Notes: generated by a model from the letters alone, not told the origin. A stretch of DNA of 53,448 nucleotides from an uncultured Bacteroidia bacterium (GCA_965364615.1 CBDTYO010000001.1:1-53448); one strand, 5' to 3'. Counted from the stretch's first letter, positions 40,259 through 50,941 are shown. Numbers and translations are program-made.

Positions 40259-41194
40259 TTAAAATAAGAAGTAAATATACAACAGATAGATGATAATCAT
40301 AAGGCTTCCCTCCCAGCGTGTAATACGCGATCGGGCAGCAGGCAGCATCAGCAACAGCAAGAGCATCGAAACCCCCAGCATCCAGGGAATATCAAAGCCC
40401 ACGATTTCCGTGGAAACCTTGACAGGGCTCACCAGGCTGGTGAATCCCAGTACCGAAAGAATATTCATGATGTTGGAGCCAATGATGTTTCCCACCGAAA
40501 TGTCCGTTTCCTTCTTAAATGCCGCGATCACGCTGGTGGCCACTTCAGGAATGCTCGTACCTACAGCCACCATGGTGATGGAAACCACCCGTTTGGAAAT
40601 TCCTATTTCGTCCGCTATCAAAGCCACATTGTCCACCAGCAGATCGGCTCCGATGGCCAGGCCGACGCACGAAGCCAGTAATATGGTTCCGGCCACCCAC
40701 CACTTCATCACCGGACCCTCTTCAGGCAAACCGACTTGCCTGCTGGTCCCCCGGGATCTCAGGACCGACAAAAGCACATAAGCTGCCAGCAGGCTAACCA
40801 ATAATCCCCCCTCCGACCTGGAGATCTCTCCGTTTAAAGACAATAGGAAAAGGAGCAAGGATACCAGCATCATGATCGGCCAGTCCTGTTTGACCGATGA
40901 ACTGGGAACCGGAATGGGGTATATCAGAGCAGTGATGGCCAGTACCAGCAGGATGTTGGAAATATTGGAGCCCACCACATTGCCCATGGCAATTTCAGGA
41001 TAGCCAGAAAACGCCGCCTGCAAGCTCACCAGCAATTCAGGGGCCGAGGTGCCAAAAGCCACCACGGTCAGCCCGATGATCATCCTGGGGATCTTTAACC
41101 TCCTGGATACAGCCACGCTGCTGTCTACCAGGTATTTGCCACTGATAAAAAGCAGAATAAGTCCGGCAAACAGTAAGAGGTAAACCTTAAACAT
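40259..41194 (-). CDS. calcium/sodium antiporter (CaCA family, YrbG-like)
   Basis: 311-aa polytopic protein with two alpha-repeats, [15 protein letters not shown] and [16 protein letters not shown]. Confidence 0.85.
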   Translation of the reverse strand: MFKVYLLLFAGLILLFISGKYLVDSSVAVSRRLKIPRMIIGLTVVAFGTSAPELLVSLQAAFSGYPEIAMGNVVGSNISNILLVLAITALIYPIPVPSSSVKQDWPIMMLVSLLLFLLSLNGEISRSEGGLLVSLLAAYVLLSVLRSRGTSRQVGLPEEGPVMKWWVAGTILLASCVGLAIGADLLVDNVALIADEIGISKRVVSITMVAVGTSIPEVATSVIAAFKKETDISVGNIIGSNIMNILSVLGFTSLVSPVKVSTEIVGFDIPWMLGVSMLLLLLMLPAARSRITRWEGSLMIIIYLLYIYFLF

Positions 41195-41210
41195 GTTTTC
41201 AGGAAGGGAG

Positions 41211-41525
41211 CTAACTGGCGTCCAGGTTGCCCTTAACGTTCTTTACAATGTCATCAGCATCCTTCGTGAGATTCTTTTTAATCTCGGTGGCATCTTTGGT
41301 CAGGTTGTTTTTGATATCCTTGAAATCGTCCATGACCTCGGGAGAGGCAGTTTCAAATTCCCTTTTGATATCTTCGGTAGCTCTCTTGAACTCTTTCATC
41401 CCTTTGCCAAATGTCCTGGCCAGCTTGGGAATCTCCTTGGACCCAAACAATAACAAAGCGATCAATACAGCAAATATGATCTCCTGCCCGCTAATAAATA
41501 ATATTGTCCCAAACATCGTTGCCAT
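41211..41525 (-). CDS. tatA: twin-arginine translocase TatA/TatE family subunit
   Basis: 104 aa. One TM helix followed by the LLLFGSKEIPKLARTFGKGMKEFKRA amphipathic region. The start may be Met4 (41516). Confidence 0.85.
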   Translation of the reverse strand: MATMFGTILFISGQEIIFAVLIALLLFGSKEIPKLARTFGKGMKEFKRATEDIKREFETASPEVMDDFKDIKNNLTKDATEIKKNLTKDADDIVKNVKGNLDAS

Positions 41526-41592
41526 GTTTTATACAAAGATAGTAATTCCGAAGCAAAAGAGACTTTCGCTTGCAAAACAGTGATACCTGAAC

Positions 41593-41624
41593 AAAAAAAA
41601 GGCTGCTTCTTGCGAAACAGCCTT
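41593..41624 (-). terminator. rho-independent terminator after the 229-aa secreted protein gene
   Basis: The minus strand reads aaggctgtttc-gcaa-gaagcagcctt followed by tttttt. The stem is about 11 bp with a GNRA tetraloop. Confidence 0.75.
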
Positions 41625-41657
41625 CCGGACGTATTGGGAACTTTGATGATGCTTCTA

Positions 41658-42347
41658 TTATTGGGTCATGATGGACAGCGAGTAGGACCCTTCTGCTGTT
41701 TTTGTCTTTACTTCGTATTTCCAGACCCCTACATACTTTTTCTTATCTTCTTCCTTGATAGTCAGCGACTGGCTGTAATTAATCTGTGCAGAAGAGTTTA
41801 TGGTAAGATCCTTGAAAACCTTCCCCCCGGGATAAAGTACCTTTAGGGAAATCTCGCCGTGCCGGACTTTTCCGTTGGCCGTTAATCTGAAGTGAGTAGT
41901 ATTCTCGTCCACCTCAAACTCACCACTGGAGTTTATAGTCTCCCCGTTGAAAGTGTTGCGAAGGGTAAGCTGACTCTGGCTTTCCTGTCCAAAAGATTGA
42001 ATGAAGTAGCTTCCTTCATCTGAAATGGAAGGAGTGGCATAGACAAAGGACCTTTCCCTGGCCCTGCCCGATGACCTGGCCTGTGCCTCATAGGCCCTTT
42101 CCAGCTCTGCTGTTTTTTTCTCCTGTTCCATCTGCTGCTTCTTCATCTGCATCTCCCAGTCCATCTGCTTCTTCTTCAACTGCAATTCCAACTCCTTCAT
42201 CTGCAAATCTTTCTCCTTCAACTGTTTTTCGTACTCAGCTTTCGCCTGGGATTCCTGGCTAGATTGAGTCTGAGCTTGCAACAAAAATCCTGTCATAAGC
42301 AAAATCAGCATTGCCGATAAAACTTTGAGTATTTTACTATTTTTCAT
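41658..42347 (-). CDS. hypothetical secreted protein (coiled-coil N-half, beta-rich C-half)
   Basis: I chose the start at MKNSKILKVLSAMLILLMTGFLLQAQ (signal peptide). It has a K/E/Q/M-rich heptad-like segment, KQLKEKDLQMKELELQLKKKQMDWEMQMKKQQMEQEKK. I recognise no family. Confidence 0.55.
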   Translation of the reverse strand: MKNSKILKVLSAMLILLMTGFLLQAQTQSSQESQAKAEYEKQLKEKDLQMKELELQLKKKQMDWEMQMKKQQMEQEKKTAELERAYEAQARSSGRARERSFVYATPSISDEGSYFIQSFGQESQSQLTLRNTFNGETINSSGEFEVDENTTHFRLTANGKVRHGEISLKVLYPGGKVFKDLTINSSAQINYSQSLTIKEEDKKKYVGVWKYEVKTKTAEGSYSLSIMTQ

Positions 42348-42476
42348 GATTCCTGAGTTTTCTGTTTCTGTCTGATACAAAAATAGGGCACCCACCCGTG
42401 CATCTTGGTTAATACAGTGTTAATGATAGGTTAACGAAAGAAGAAAGGGATTATCTTAGCTTGGGAATTCATCAGA

Positions 42477-43752
42477 ATGAAGAGCCGCCAACTCATAATA
42501 TTGTCAGCCATTGCATTGTTTGTGCTCCTTTTTGTACAGTATATTTTTATTACGGATACCTATATTACCAAGCAAAAGCAGTTCGACAGCCACTTTGGAA
42601 ACCTGGTAGAGGAGGGAATGATCAATTTTAACAGCCTGGATTTCAAATTTGATTTTGACTCGGTGCTTTTTTTGCTGGATAGTAGGGCTCTTGAATTTTT
42701 GTACTCCAAACCCGATTCTCTCAACCGGACTCCAGGGCAAGTATTCCATGGGATTCTAAGCCAGTACAGAGAGCCAGAGATTTTTCTAAGAGATTACATC
42801 CGCAAAGCTGGCGAAAATCCAAAATTCACTTTCCATATTCAGCTGGAAGAATTGTATCTGGTGGATCTGGGATACAAAAAAAAGGTATACCCCGACACTT
42901 CCTTCCTTCCAAAAGCACCCCGCCATGCCCTTCTGGCAGGAACCTTTGCTCATGAACGGAATTATTTCAAAATATCCTATGGGATCTACATTGATTTCAT
43001 AAACCGCTCCAAGTTGATCCTGAGGGAGATGTGGCTCATTTTTGTCATGGAGCTTTTTACCCTTTCCCTGGTATTTACAGTATTTATCCTGACATTCAGG
43101 AATATGCTTCGACAAAAGCGCTTGTCCGAGATGAAGACCGATTTCATCAACAACATGACCCATGAACTGAAAACCCCCCTTTCCACCATTTCGGTGGCTT
43201 CCAGTGCCCTGGGCAATCCTGCTATTTTCCACGAAACCGAGAAAGTTACTGAGCTTTCCGGATTGATTAAGAAACAGAACAGGCATTTGTCGGAATTGAT
43301 CGACCGGATCCTGGACATCAATATCTGGGAGAGGGACCAGGTGCGACTGCGACTGGAACATATTTCTGTGGAACAGTGGATCACAGAACTGATAAAAGTC
43401 TTCCGCATCAACCAGGGAGAAGCCTGTGCTTCCATCGATTTGAAAATGGACCTGCATCATCAAACCCACCTGCTGGACGAGCTGCATATGTCCACGGTGG
43501 TCAGCAACCTGCTCTCCAATGCCGTAAAATGGTCCTGGAATCAGCAAGGAGGAGCAGCGACATCTCTTTGAAAAGTTCTACCGGGGGATCGAATCCAAAG
43601 AACGGGTGATTCGGGGACTGGGACTGGGTCTGTATTATGTGAAACAAATCGTGGAGGCCCACCATGGTACGGTTTCTGTACGAAGCATCCCGGGAAAGGG
43701 AAGCACATTTATCATTAAAATACCTGTAAACAATGGACTTACTGTTGGTTGA
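42477..43752 (+). pseudogene. sensor histidine kinase, disrupted by internal out-of-frame deletion in the HATPase domain
   Basis: Frame A (42477-43571) encodes TM helices, the H-box NNMTHELKTPLSTISVAS and the N-box VVSNLLSNAVK, then runs into WSWNQQGGAATSL*. Frame B (43528-43752) continues NGPGISKEEQRHLFEKFYRGIESKERVIRGLGLGLYYVKQIVEAHHGTVSVRSIPGKGSTFIIKIP, which covers the G1, F and G2 boxes. The segment that normally separates the N-box from the G1-box is missing. Confidence 0.75.
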
Positions 43753-44413
43753 AGACGATATTGATCTTCAGAAGGTACTGGCCCAATACCTCGAATTATC
43801 AGGATTTCAGGTCTATACTGCCAACCATGGTGAACATGGTTTGAAAATATTCAAGGAGAATCACGTGGACCTTTGTATACTCGATGTAATGATGCCGGTG
43901 ATGGATGGATTTGAGCTGGCGGCTGAAATACGAAAGCTGGACCGTGAGATGCCGGTGGTCTTTTTGACGGCCAAAAACCAGAAAGAGGACCGCTTGAGGG
44001 GATTAAAAATCGGAGCGGATGATTATATTACCAAGCCTTTTGAAGCAGAGGAACTGGTGTTGAGGCTGAACAATATTCTCAAAAGGGCCGGGAAAGCTGG
44101 CATGGAATCCATCAAGATGGGATGCCTGAACATCCATTTCGACGAACTCGTGATCAAGGACGGGACCCATAGTTTCAACATGACTCCCAGGGAGTCGGAT
44201 CTGCTGAAATACCTTATTGAAAACCAGAACACAGTGGTGAAAAGAGAGCAGATCCTGGAAGATCTGTGGGGACAGAATGACTACTTCCTGGGGCGCTCCA
44301 TGGATGTATTTATATCCCGATTGAGAAAGTACCTGCAGGCCGAACCCTCGGTATTGCTGGAAACAAAAAGGGGGGTGGGCTTCATGCTAAAGGTCAGTTC
44401 CCACACCCCCTGA
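43733..44413 (+). CDS. OmpR/PhoB-family response regulator
   Basis: 226 aa. Receiver domain motifs LLVEDD, ILDVMMP and DDYITKPF. C-terminal winged-helix domain (LTPRESDLLKYL, FISRLRKYL, GVGFML). Its start overlaps the kinase remnant by 20 nt. Confidence 0.9.
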   Translation: MDLLLVEDDIDLQKVLAQYLELSGFQVYTANHGEHGLKIFKENHVDLCILDVMMPVMDGFELAAEIRKLDREMPVVFLTAKNQKEDRLRGLKIGADDYITKPFEAEELVLRLNNILKRAGKAGMESIKMGCLNIHFDELVIKDGTHSFNMTPRESDLLKYLIENQNTVVKREQILEDLWGQNDYFLGRSMDVFISRLRKYLQAEPSVLLETKRGVGFMLKVSSHTP

Positions 44414-44428
44414 TAAACTTCAGTTTCT

Positions 44429-47400
44429 TTATTTACGCACTGTTCCTTTGAGTACGCGGATCTTTTCATCTCCCCTGATGGTATCATAGACCACCGGGGT
44501 GGCTATGAAAAGAGAGGAATAGGTACCTACTACCACACCGATCAGCAGGGCAAAAGTAAAGCCCCGGATCACATCCCCGCCAAAAATGAATATGGCCAGC
44601 AGCACAAAGAAGGTACTCAGCGAAGTACTGAAGGTACGGCTGAGGGTGCTGTTCAGGGCCGTATTAAATATTTCCCTGCGTTCACGCTTTTTCTGCAGTC
44701 CCACATATTCCCTGATCCGGTCAAAGACCACCACCGTATCGTTGATGGAGTAACCCACCACCGTAAGGATGGCGGCAATAAAGGACTGGTCCAGTTCCAG
44801 GGAGAAGGGCATGATTCCATCCAGGAGGGAAAACAGTCCCAGCACAATCGTTACGTCATGCACCAGGGCCGCCAGGGCTCCGAGACCAAACTGCCAGTTG
44901 CGGAACCTGGCCAGGATATACAGGAAGATGATCAGCAGCGAGGCAAAGATCACCAGGACCGCGGTACGCTTGATATCATCTGCAATGGTCGGTCCCACCT
45001 TGTGAGAACTGATGATGTATTCCTGTCCATTCATAAATTCATCCAGGCTTACCTCTCCTCCAATATAGGGCTGAAGGCCTTCAAACATCTGGGCCTTGAT
45101 GATGGAGTCCACCTCCGGACGGTCATCGTCAATGAGGTATTTGGTGGTCACCCTCACTGAATTTCTTGATCCGTAGGTAATCACGGTGGGACTTTCACCA
45201 AAGGCAGCTGTCAGGTTGTCCTGCACCTCGGAGGTTTCCACATCCTGCTTGAAGGTGATCACATAGTTGCGGCCTCCGGAGAAATCTACGCCCAGGTCCA
45301 GACCCTTGGTAACAAGCGAAGTAATCCCTGCCAGTATAACGACTCCCGAGATCACGTAGAACATCTTTCTTTTGCCCATAAAATCTATCCTGGCATTTTT
45401 AAAGGCGTTCCTGGTGAGCTTGGTGTCAAAGGTGATGACTCCGCTTTTGGTCAGCATGCGCTCATACATGAGCCTGGTCAGAATGATGGCACTGAACAGG
45501 GAAGTGAGGATCCCTATCACCAGGGTGGTGGCAAACCCCTTAATGGGGCCGGTTCCAAAGAAGAAAAGGATCAGACCCGTGAGGAAGGTGGTAATCTGCG
45601 CATCAAAAATGGCCGAATAGGCATTTCGGTATCCATCCTTGATGGCCGTTTTCAGGTTCTTTCCGGCTGCCAGTTCTTCACGGATCCTTTCATAAATCAG
45701 CACATTGGCATCCACCGACATACCGATGGTCAGCACGATCCCTGCAATACCCGGCAGGGTCAGGACCGCCTGCAGAGAAGCCAGTACTCCGATCAGGAAG
45801 AACATGTTGGCCAGGAGTGCAATATCGGCCACCAGGCCTGCCCTGCGGCTGTAATAAAAAATCATGTAGGAAAGCACCACCACAAAGGCGATCAGAAAGG
45901 AGTTCAAACCATCCCTTACAGATTTGGCTCCCAGCGAGGGTCCGATCACTTCGCTGGACTCGACGCGCGCACGGGCAGGCATCTTTCCTGATTTAAGGAT
46001 GTTGGCCAGGTCATCTGCATCGGCCTGGCTGAACTGTCCCGAGATGGAGGAGCTTCCCCCTTTGATTTCTTCGCTTACATTGGGGGCGGAATAAACCAGT
46101 CCGTCCATCACAATGGCAATGGCCTTGTTTACATTTTCCCGCGTCAGGTTGGCCCATCTTTTGGCCCCTTCGGCGTTCATATTCATGCTCACTTCAAACT
46201 CTCCCGTATAGGGATCATTGCCCACCCTGGCATCGGTCACATACTTGCCCTCCATGGCAGGCTGGTTGTTACGTGTGGCTTTCAGGGCATGAAGGCGTAT
46301 AAACTGCTGTTCGTCTCCATCGGGCTGGAAGTGCCAGGCAAATTTCATGTCCGATGGAAAGAGCTGCCTGATCTGGGGAATGGCCAGGTAGGCATTCACT
46401 TTGGCGGTATCCTTCAACAGCACCACTCCCACCGTGGAGCTGGGAATAAACTGACGCTGATTATCCAGGTAAGGGGTCAGGACGGCCAGCAGGGGATTCT
46501 CACGGTAAAACTGGGCTTCCTGATCATCCAGCATGGAGGTGGAATCCAGATCACTCAGCAGATCAAGACCGCTGGTATCGAGCAGGAGGTCATCCTGGGC
46601 CAGCAGGTCATCCTGGGCCAGGAGATCAGTACCCTCTCCCTCATCGCCTTCTAATACGGGTGTTTCGGCCTCTTCATCTGTGGCTGTCACATCCTCTGCG
46701 GCCAGAATGTTGGCCAGCGTCCGGTTGGCCTGATCCATGTAGTTCCATACCTCAGCAGCCTGGTAGGTGGTCCAGAACTCCAGGTTGGCAGTCCCGGTAA
46801 GCAGCTTGGTCACTCTTTCAGGCTCCTTCACTCCCGGAAGTTCCACCAGGATCCTTCCCTGGCGCTCCAGTTTTTGGATATTCAGCTGAACAACTCCAAA
46901 ACGGTCGATCCTGTTTCTCAGCACATTGTAGGAATTGTCAATGGCATCTTCGGCTTCCGCCTTCAGGAAAGCAACTACATCTGCATTGGTGGTGCTGAAA
47001 TCAATCTCCCCCCTGGTCTCCGGGGTCATGAAGAATTGTGCCAGTTGGGCACCTGGATTCAATTCTTCGAAGCTTTCGGCAAACAGATCCACGAAATCGC
47101 TCTGGCTGTCGGTTTTCTTTTGCCTGGCCAGAGCCATGGTTTCTGTAAACACCGGATCGGTCAGAAACTGATTGGCAGCCAGCGAACGAATAATGTCTTC
47201 CACCGCGATCTCCAGGATCACATTCATGCCCCCTTTCAGGTCGAGACCCAGATTCACTTCCCTTTCTTTACATTCCTGGTAGGTGTATTTCTTGAACAAG
47301 ACATTGTATACCACCTCTCCTTTCATGGAATCCAGGTAGGACCGTTCAATGCGGACATCGCCATTGGCTATGTTCCTGGCATCGCGTTCCACCTTCTGAG

Positions 47401-47482
47401 TGAATACTGTAAACAGAAGCTGGTATACACTGACCAGCGCCAGAACAATCGTAAACAACCTGATAGCACCTTTATTTTGCAT
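44429..47482 (-). CDS. secDF: protein translocase subunit SecDF (fused)
   Basis: 1017 aa. The SecD half has motifs LGLDLKGGMNVILE and IGPSLG. The SecF half has GVDFSGGRN, and there are two RND-like 6-TM bundles. This fused form is typical of Bacteroidota. Confidence 0.92.
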   Translation of the reverse strand: MQNKGAIRLFTIVLALVSVYQLLFTVFTQKVERDARNIANGDVRIERSYLDSMKGEVVYNVLFKKYTYQECKEREVNLGLDLKGGMNVILEIAVEDIIRSLAANQFLTDPVFTETMALARQKKTDSQSDFVDLFAESFEELNPGAQLAQFFMTPETRGEIDFSTTNADVVAFLKAEAEDAIDNSYNVLRNRIDRFGVVQLNIQKLERQGRILVELPGVKEPERVTKLLTGTANLEFWTTYQAAEVWNYMDQANRTLANILAAEDVTATDEEAETPVLEGDEGEGTDLLAQDDLLAQDDLLLDTSGLDLLSDLDSTSMLDDQEAQFYRENPLLAVLTPYLDNQRQFIPSSTVGVVLLKDTAKVNAYLAIPQIRQLFPSDMKFAWHFQPDGDEQQFIRLHALKATRNNQPAMEGKYVTDARVGNDPYTGEFEVSMNMNAEGAKRWANLTRENVNKAIAIVMDGLVYSAPNVSEEIKGGSSSISGQFSQADADDLANILKSGKMPARARVESSEVIGPSLGAKSVRDGLNSFLIAFVVVLSYMIFYYSRRAGLVADIALLANMFFLIGVLASLQAVLTLPGIAGIVLTIGMSVDANVLIYERIREELAAGKNLKTAIKDGYRNAYSAIFDAQITTFLTGLILFFFGTGPIKGFATTLVIGILTSLFSAIILTRLMYERMLTKSGVITFDTKLTRNAFKNARIDFMGKRKMFYVISGVVILAGITSLVTKGLDLGVDFSGGRNYVITFKQDVETSEVQDNLTAAFGESPTVITYGSRNSVRVTTKYLIDDDRPEVDSIIKAQMFEGLQPYIGGEVSLDEFMNGQEYIISSHKVGPTIADDIKRTAVLVIFASLLIIFLYILARFRNWQFGLGALAALVHDVTIVLGLFSLLDGIMPFSLELDQSFIAAILTVVGYSINDTVVVFDRIREYVGLQKKRERREIFNTALNSTLSRTFSTSLSTFFVLLAIFIFGGDVIRGFTFALLIGVVVGTYSSLFIATPVVYDTIRGDEKIRVLKGTVRK
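46587..46622. repeat. 18-bp in-frame tandem duplication inside secDF
   Basis: aggtcatcctgggccagc / aggtcatcctgggccagg are identical at 17 of 18 positions and encode LLAQDD-LLAQDD on the minus strand. Confidence 0.9.
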
Positions 47483-47571
47483 TTTTAACTTGTTTATTAA
47501 TAGTTACTTGATTGTCTTTTTTGAATAGGCCGCAAATATAGCACTATTTTTTTGCACTTAGGGGACTCCCG

Positions 47572-47614
47572 GCCAAAAAAATGCGCAAGCGGCCCGGGAG
47601 CCGTTCACGCATTT
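47572..47614 (-). terminator. rho-independent terminator after mdh
   Basis: The minus strand reads aaatgcg-tgaa-cggc-tcccgg-gccg-cttg-cgcattt followed by tttt, a composite hairpin with a T-run. Confidence 0.6.
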
Positions 47615-47654
47615 CTGCATCCTTATTACTTTGATAACCTGATATTTATGCCTG

Positions 47655-48596
47655 CTATTCGAAAAGCTTCATATCATCCAGTACCTTCATCACGCTTTTC
47701 ACGCTTTCGACCGAAGTGGTAAGCATCTTCTTCTCCTCCGTATTCAGGCTGATCTCAATGATCTCTTCTACCCCGTTCTTGCCCAGGATGACCGGAACCC
47801 CCAGATAGAGTTTTTTCTGTCCGTATTCCCCATTCAGGTAAGCACAGACCGGGAATACCCGCCTTTGATTGTCCACAATGGCTTCCACCATCTGTGTGAC
47901 AGCTGCCCCCGGGGCATACCAGGCTGACGTGCCCATCAGGCTCACCAGTTCGCCTCCTCCCTTCCGGGTACGTTCAACGATCTTGTCAATCTCCTCCTTG
48001 CCCAGCAACTCCGTGACAGGGATCCCGCTAACCGAAGTATATCGGGGAAGCGGCACCATTGTATCCCCGTGTCCACCCAGGAGCATGGCATGGATGTCAT
48101 AGGGAGAAACGTTCAGGGCATTGGCCAGAAAGGCCTTGTAGCGGCCTGTATCCAGGATCCCTGCCATTCCAAATACCTTGTGGGGATCTTTATTGGCTGC
48201 CAGGAAGGCAGCATAGGTCATCACATCCAAGGGGTTGGATACTACAATGATAATGGCATCCGGCGAATACTTGATGGCTTTTTCGGTGACATCCTTCACA
48301 ATGTTTGCATTGGTTTTGATCAGGTCGTCGCGTGACATCCCGGGCTTGCGGGGAATCCCGGAGGTAACCACAATGATCCCCGAGCCTTTGGTCTTCAGGT
48401 AGTCATTGGTGGATCCCGTCACCCGGGTATTGAAATGATTGATGGAAGAGGTTTGCCAGATATCCAGCGCCTTTCCTTCGGCAAGTCCTTCTTTTATATC
48501 AAGCAGGACGACTTCATTGGCCAGGTCTTTGTGGGCAATCACATTGGCACAGGTGGCCCCCACGTTGCCGGCTCCAATTACTGTAATTTTGTTCAT
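47655..48596 (-). CDS. mdh: malate dehydrogenase
   Basis: 313 aa. N-terminus ITVIGAGNVGATCA, plus GIPRKPGMSRDDL and an LDH-like MDH sequence. Confidence 0.93.
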   Translation of the reverse strand: MNKITVIGAGNVGATCANVIAHKDLANEVVLLDIKEGLAEGKALDIWQTSSINHFNTRVTGSTNDYLKTKGSGIIVVTSGIPRKPGMSRDDLIKTNANIVKDVTEKAIKYSPDAIIIVVSNPLDVMTYAAFLAANKDPHKVFGMAGILDTGRYKAFLANALNVSPYDIHAMLLGGHGDTMVPLPRYTSVSGIPVTELLGKEEIDKIVERTRKGGGELVSLMGTSAWYAPGAAVTQMVEAIVDNQRRVFPVCAYLNGEYGQKKLYLGVPVILGKNGVEEIIEISLNTEEKKMLTTSVESVKSVMKVLDDMKLFE

Positions 48597-48731
48597 AGGA
48601 TAAGGTTTTTTTTAGGTCAGGACTTCAAATATAACCATCCCGTGGCTTAATCACCTTATCACACCTGTTGTTATTTAGCATCCTGGGGACGAATGCTTGA
48701 CTTTGGGACACAAAAATGGTAAATTATAAGC

Positions 48732-49424
48732 GTGAAAATTGATCTGTCGAAATACCTCAACGACTGGTATAAGGAAGATCCTGCCAAAAACATCTTCCCG
48801 GGACCGGTGCTTACCCTTTCCCGGGAGGTAGGTTGTCCGGCAAAAACCATTGCAGCTGATCTGACTGAAAAGCTCAATGGGACGAAAAAGAAGCATGCCA
48901 AGGATCATCCCTGGCGTTGGATCGACAAAGAGATCATGGGTGAATCGGCCAGGGAGCTCCAGGTGGATTCCAGCCAGATTCAGCATGTGTTTGATTACAA
49001 GAGCCGGGGAATACTGGAAGATTTGCTGCTGGCGCAATCCAAGGATTATTATAAGTCCGATATGAAGATCCGGACCACCATAGCCAAGGTGATCCGGAAA
49101 TTTGCCAATGAGGGAAATGCCATCATTGTGGGAAGGGGCGGTGTGGCCATCACCCGCGATATCCCAAAATCGTTTCATATTTACCTGGAAGCCCCCCTGG
49201 AGTGGAGGGCCCTGCGGGTGGCTGAAAAACACAACTGGACCATCGACCAGGCCAGAAGCTATGCCCAGAGCACGGACAAAAAAAGAAGCACCTTCCGGGA
49301 CTACTTCCAGGGCAAGGGGAATGACTATACCCGCTTTGATATGAAGCTGAACTGCATGACCCTTGAAACGTCCGATATCATCGATATCATCATCGGGGCC
49401 ATGCACACCCGTTCCATGATTTAG
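48732..49424 (+). CDS. cytidylate kinase-like family protein
   Basis: 230 aa with a GTG start. The motifs [17 protein letters not shown] and NAIIVGRGG resemble the Cytidylate_kin2-type family. Confidence 0.55.
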   Translation: MKIDLSKYLNDWYKEDPAKNIFPGPVLTLSREVGCPAKTIAADLTEKLNGTKKKHAKDHPWRWIDKEIMGESARELQVDSSQIQHVFDYKSRGILEDLLLAQSKDYYKSDMKIRTTIAKVIRKFANEGNAIIVGRGGVAITRDIPKSFHIYLEAPLEWRALRVAEKHNWTIDQARSYAQSTDKKRSTFRDYFQGKGNDYTRFDMKLNCMTLETSDIIDIIIGAMHTRSMI

Positions 49425-50941
49425 ACCAGTACCTTTCCGGTCATTTCTGCGGGACTTTCCACGCCCATGATATGCAGCAGGGTGGGTGCCACATCGGCCA
49501 GGATGCCTTCTCCCACCTTTTTGTAGTCGTCGGTCACCAGGATGCAGGGCACCGGATTCAGGGAATGGGCTGTGTTGGGGGAACCATCTTCATTCACCGC
49601 ATTGTCGGCGTTTCCATGATCAGCAATGATCATTACATCATAGCCCTGGCTCCTGGCAGTCTCCACCACTTCACCCACGCACTGATCCACGGTGGTCACA
49701 GCTTTTTTAATGGCCTCGTACACTCCGGTATGCCCCACCATATCGCCATTGGCAAAGTTCAGGCATATAAAATCCGGGGCGTTCCCCTTCATGTCGGCTA
49801 TGACTGCATCTTTCACTCCAAAGGCACTCATCTCGGGCTGCAGGTCATAGGTGGCCACTTTGGGAGAATCGATCAGGATCCGACGCTCCTTTGGGAAAGT
49901 GGCTTCCCTTCCTCCTGAGAAGAAGAAAGTCACGTGGGCATATTTTTCAGTTTCTGCAATGCGCAACTGACCCAGTCCTGCGTTCGCCAGCACTTCACCC
50001 ATGGTGTTGTTCACATTCTCCTTGTCATAAATAATATGCATCCCCTTGAAGGTAACATCGTAAGGGGTCATGGTGCAATAATGCAAAGGAAGGGTATGCA
50101 TGTCAAAATCGGGCATATCCTGCTGGGTCAGCACCATGGTGAGCTCTTTGGCCCGGTCGTTCCGGAAATTGAAAAAGACCACCACGTCCCCTTCCCGGAT
50201 GGTGCCCAGTGGCTGTTGATTCTCATCCACGATCACAATGGGTTTCACAAATTCGTCGGTCACCCCTTTATCATAGGACTCCTGCAGGGCCGTCACCACG
50301 CTGGTGGCCGCACGGCCTTTCCCATGTACCAGCAGGTCATAGGCTTGCTTGATCCGCTCCCAGCGCTTGTCCCTGTCCATGGCATAGTAGCGACCAATGA
50401 ATGAAGCCACCTTTCCATTGGACTGCGACAGGTGTTTCTCCAGGTTTTCCATATACCCTTTGCCACTTTGGGGATCTGTATCTCTTCCGTCTCCAAAGGC
50501 ATGTACAAAAACATCCTTGATCCCATAATCTGCCGTAAGGTCGCAAAGCTTATACAGGTGCTTATCCAGCGAATGTACCCCTCCATCCGAAAGAAGTCCC
50601 ATGAAATGCACCTGCTTGTGATGGTCCCTGGCATAGGAAAAGGCCTCCACCAGGGTCTCATTCTCTGCAATGGACCCGTCTTTGACGGCCATGTTGATTT
50701 TGACCAGGTCCTGGTAAACTATTCGCCCGGCACCAATGTTGAGGTGTCCCACCTCGGAGTTTCCCATTTGCCCCTCAGGCAGTCCCACATTCTCTCCGGA
50801 TGCATGCAAACGGGAAGAGGGGTACTCCCTTTCCAGCCGTTCCATGTTCGGGGTGGGGACCTGACTGATGACATCCGTTTTATCTCCCTTACCAATTCCC
50901 CAGCCGTCGAGGATCATCAACATAGTCTTTTTTGTGCCCAT
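49421..50941 (-). CDS. gpmI: 2,3-bisphosphoglycerate-independent phosphoglycerate mutase
   Basis: 506 aa. Motifs [34 protein letters not shown] and ADHGNA. Confidence 0.95.
   Translation of the reverse strand: MGTKKTMLMILDGWGIGKGDKTDVISQVPTPNMERLEREYPSSRLHASGENVGLPEGQMGNSEVGHLNIGAGRIVYQDLVKINMAVKDGSIAENETLVEAFSYARDHHKQVHFMGLLSDGGVHSLDKHLYKLCDLTADYGIKDVFVHAFGDGRDTDPQSGKGYMENLEKHLSQSNGKVASFIGRYYAMDRDKRWERIKQAYDLLVHGKGRAATSVVTALQESYDKGVTDEFVKPIVIVDENQQPLGTIREGDVVVFFNFRNDRAKELTMVLTQQDMPDFDMHTLPLHYCTMTPYDVTFKGMHIIYDKENVNNTMGEVLANAGLGQLRIAETEKYAHVTFFFSGGREATFPKERRILIDSPKVATYDLQPEMSAFGVKDAVIADMKGNAPDFICLNFANGDMVGHTGVYEAIKKAVTTVDQCVGEVVETARSQGYDVMIIADHGNADNAVNEDGSPNTAHSLNPVPCILVTDDYKKVGEGILADVAPTLLHIMGVESPAEMTGKVLV

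Noticed and set aside
48675-49406. A 243-aa ORF on the minus strand
   Set aside because: It is antisense to the cytidylate-kinase-like gene. The plus-strand product has the family-like IIVGRGG region and sensible composition, while the minus-strand product is Gly/Pro/His-rich with no motif.
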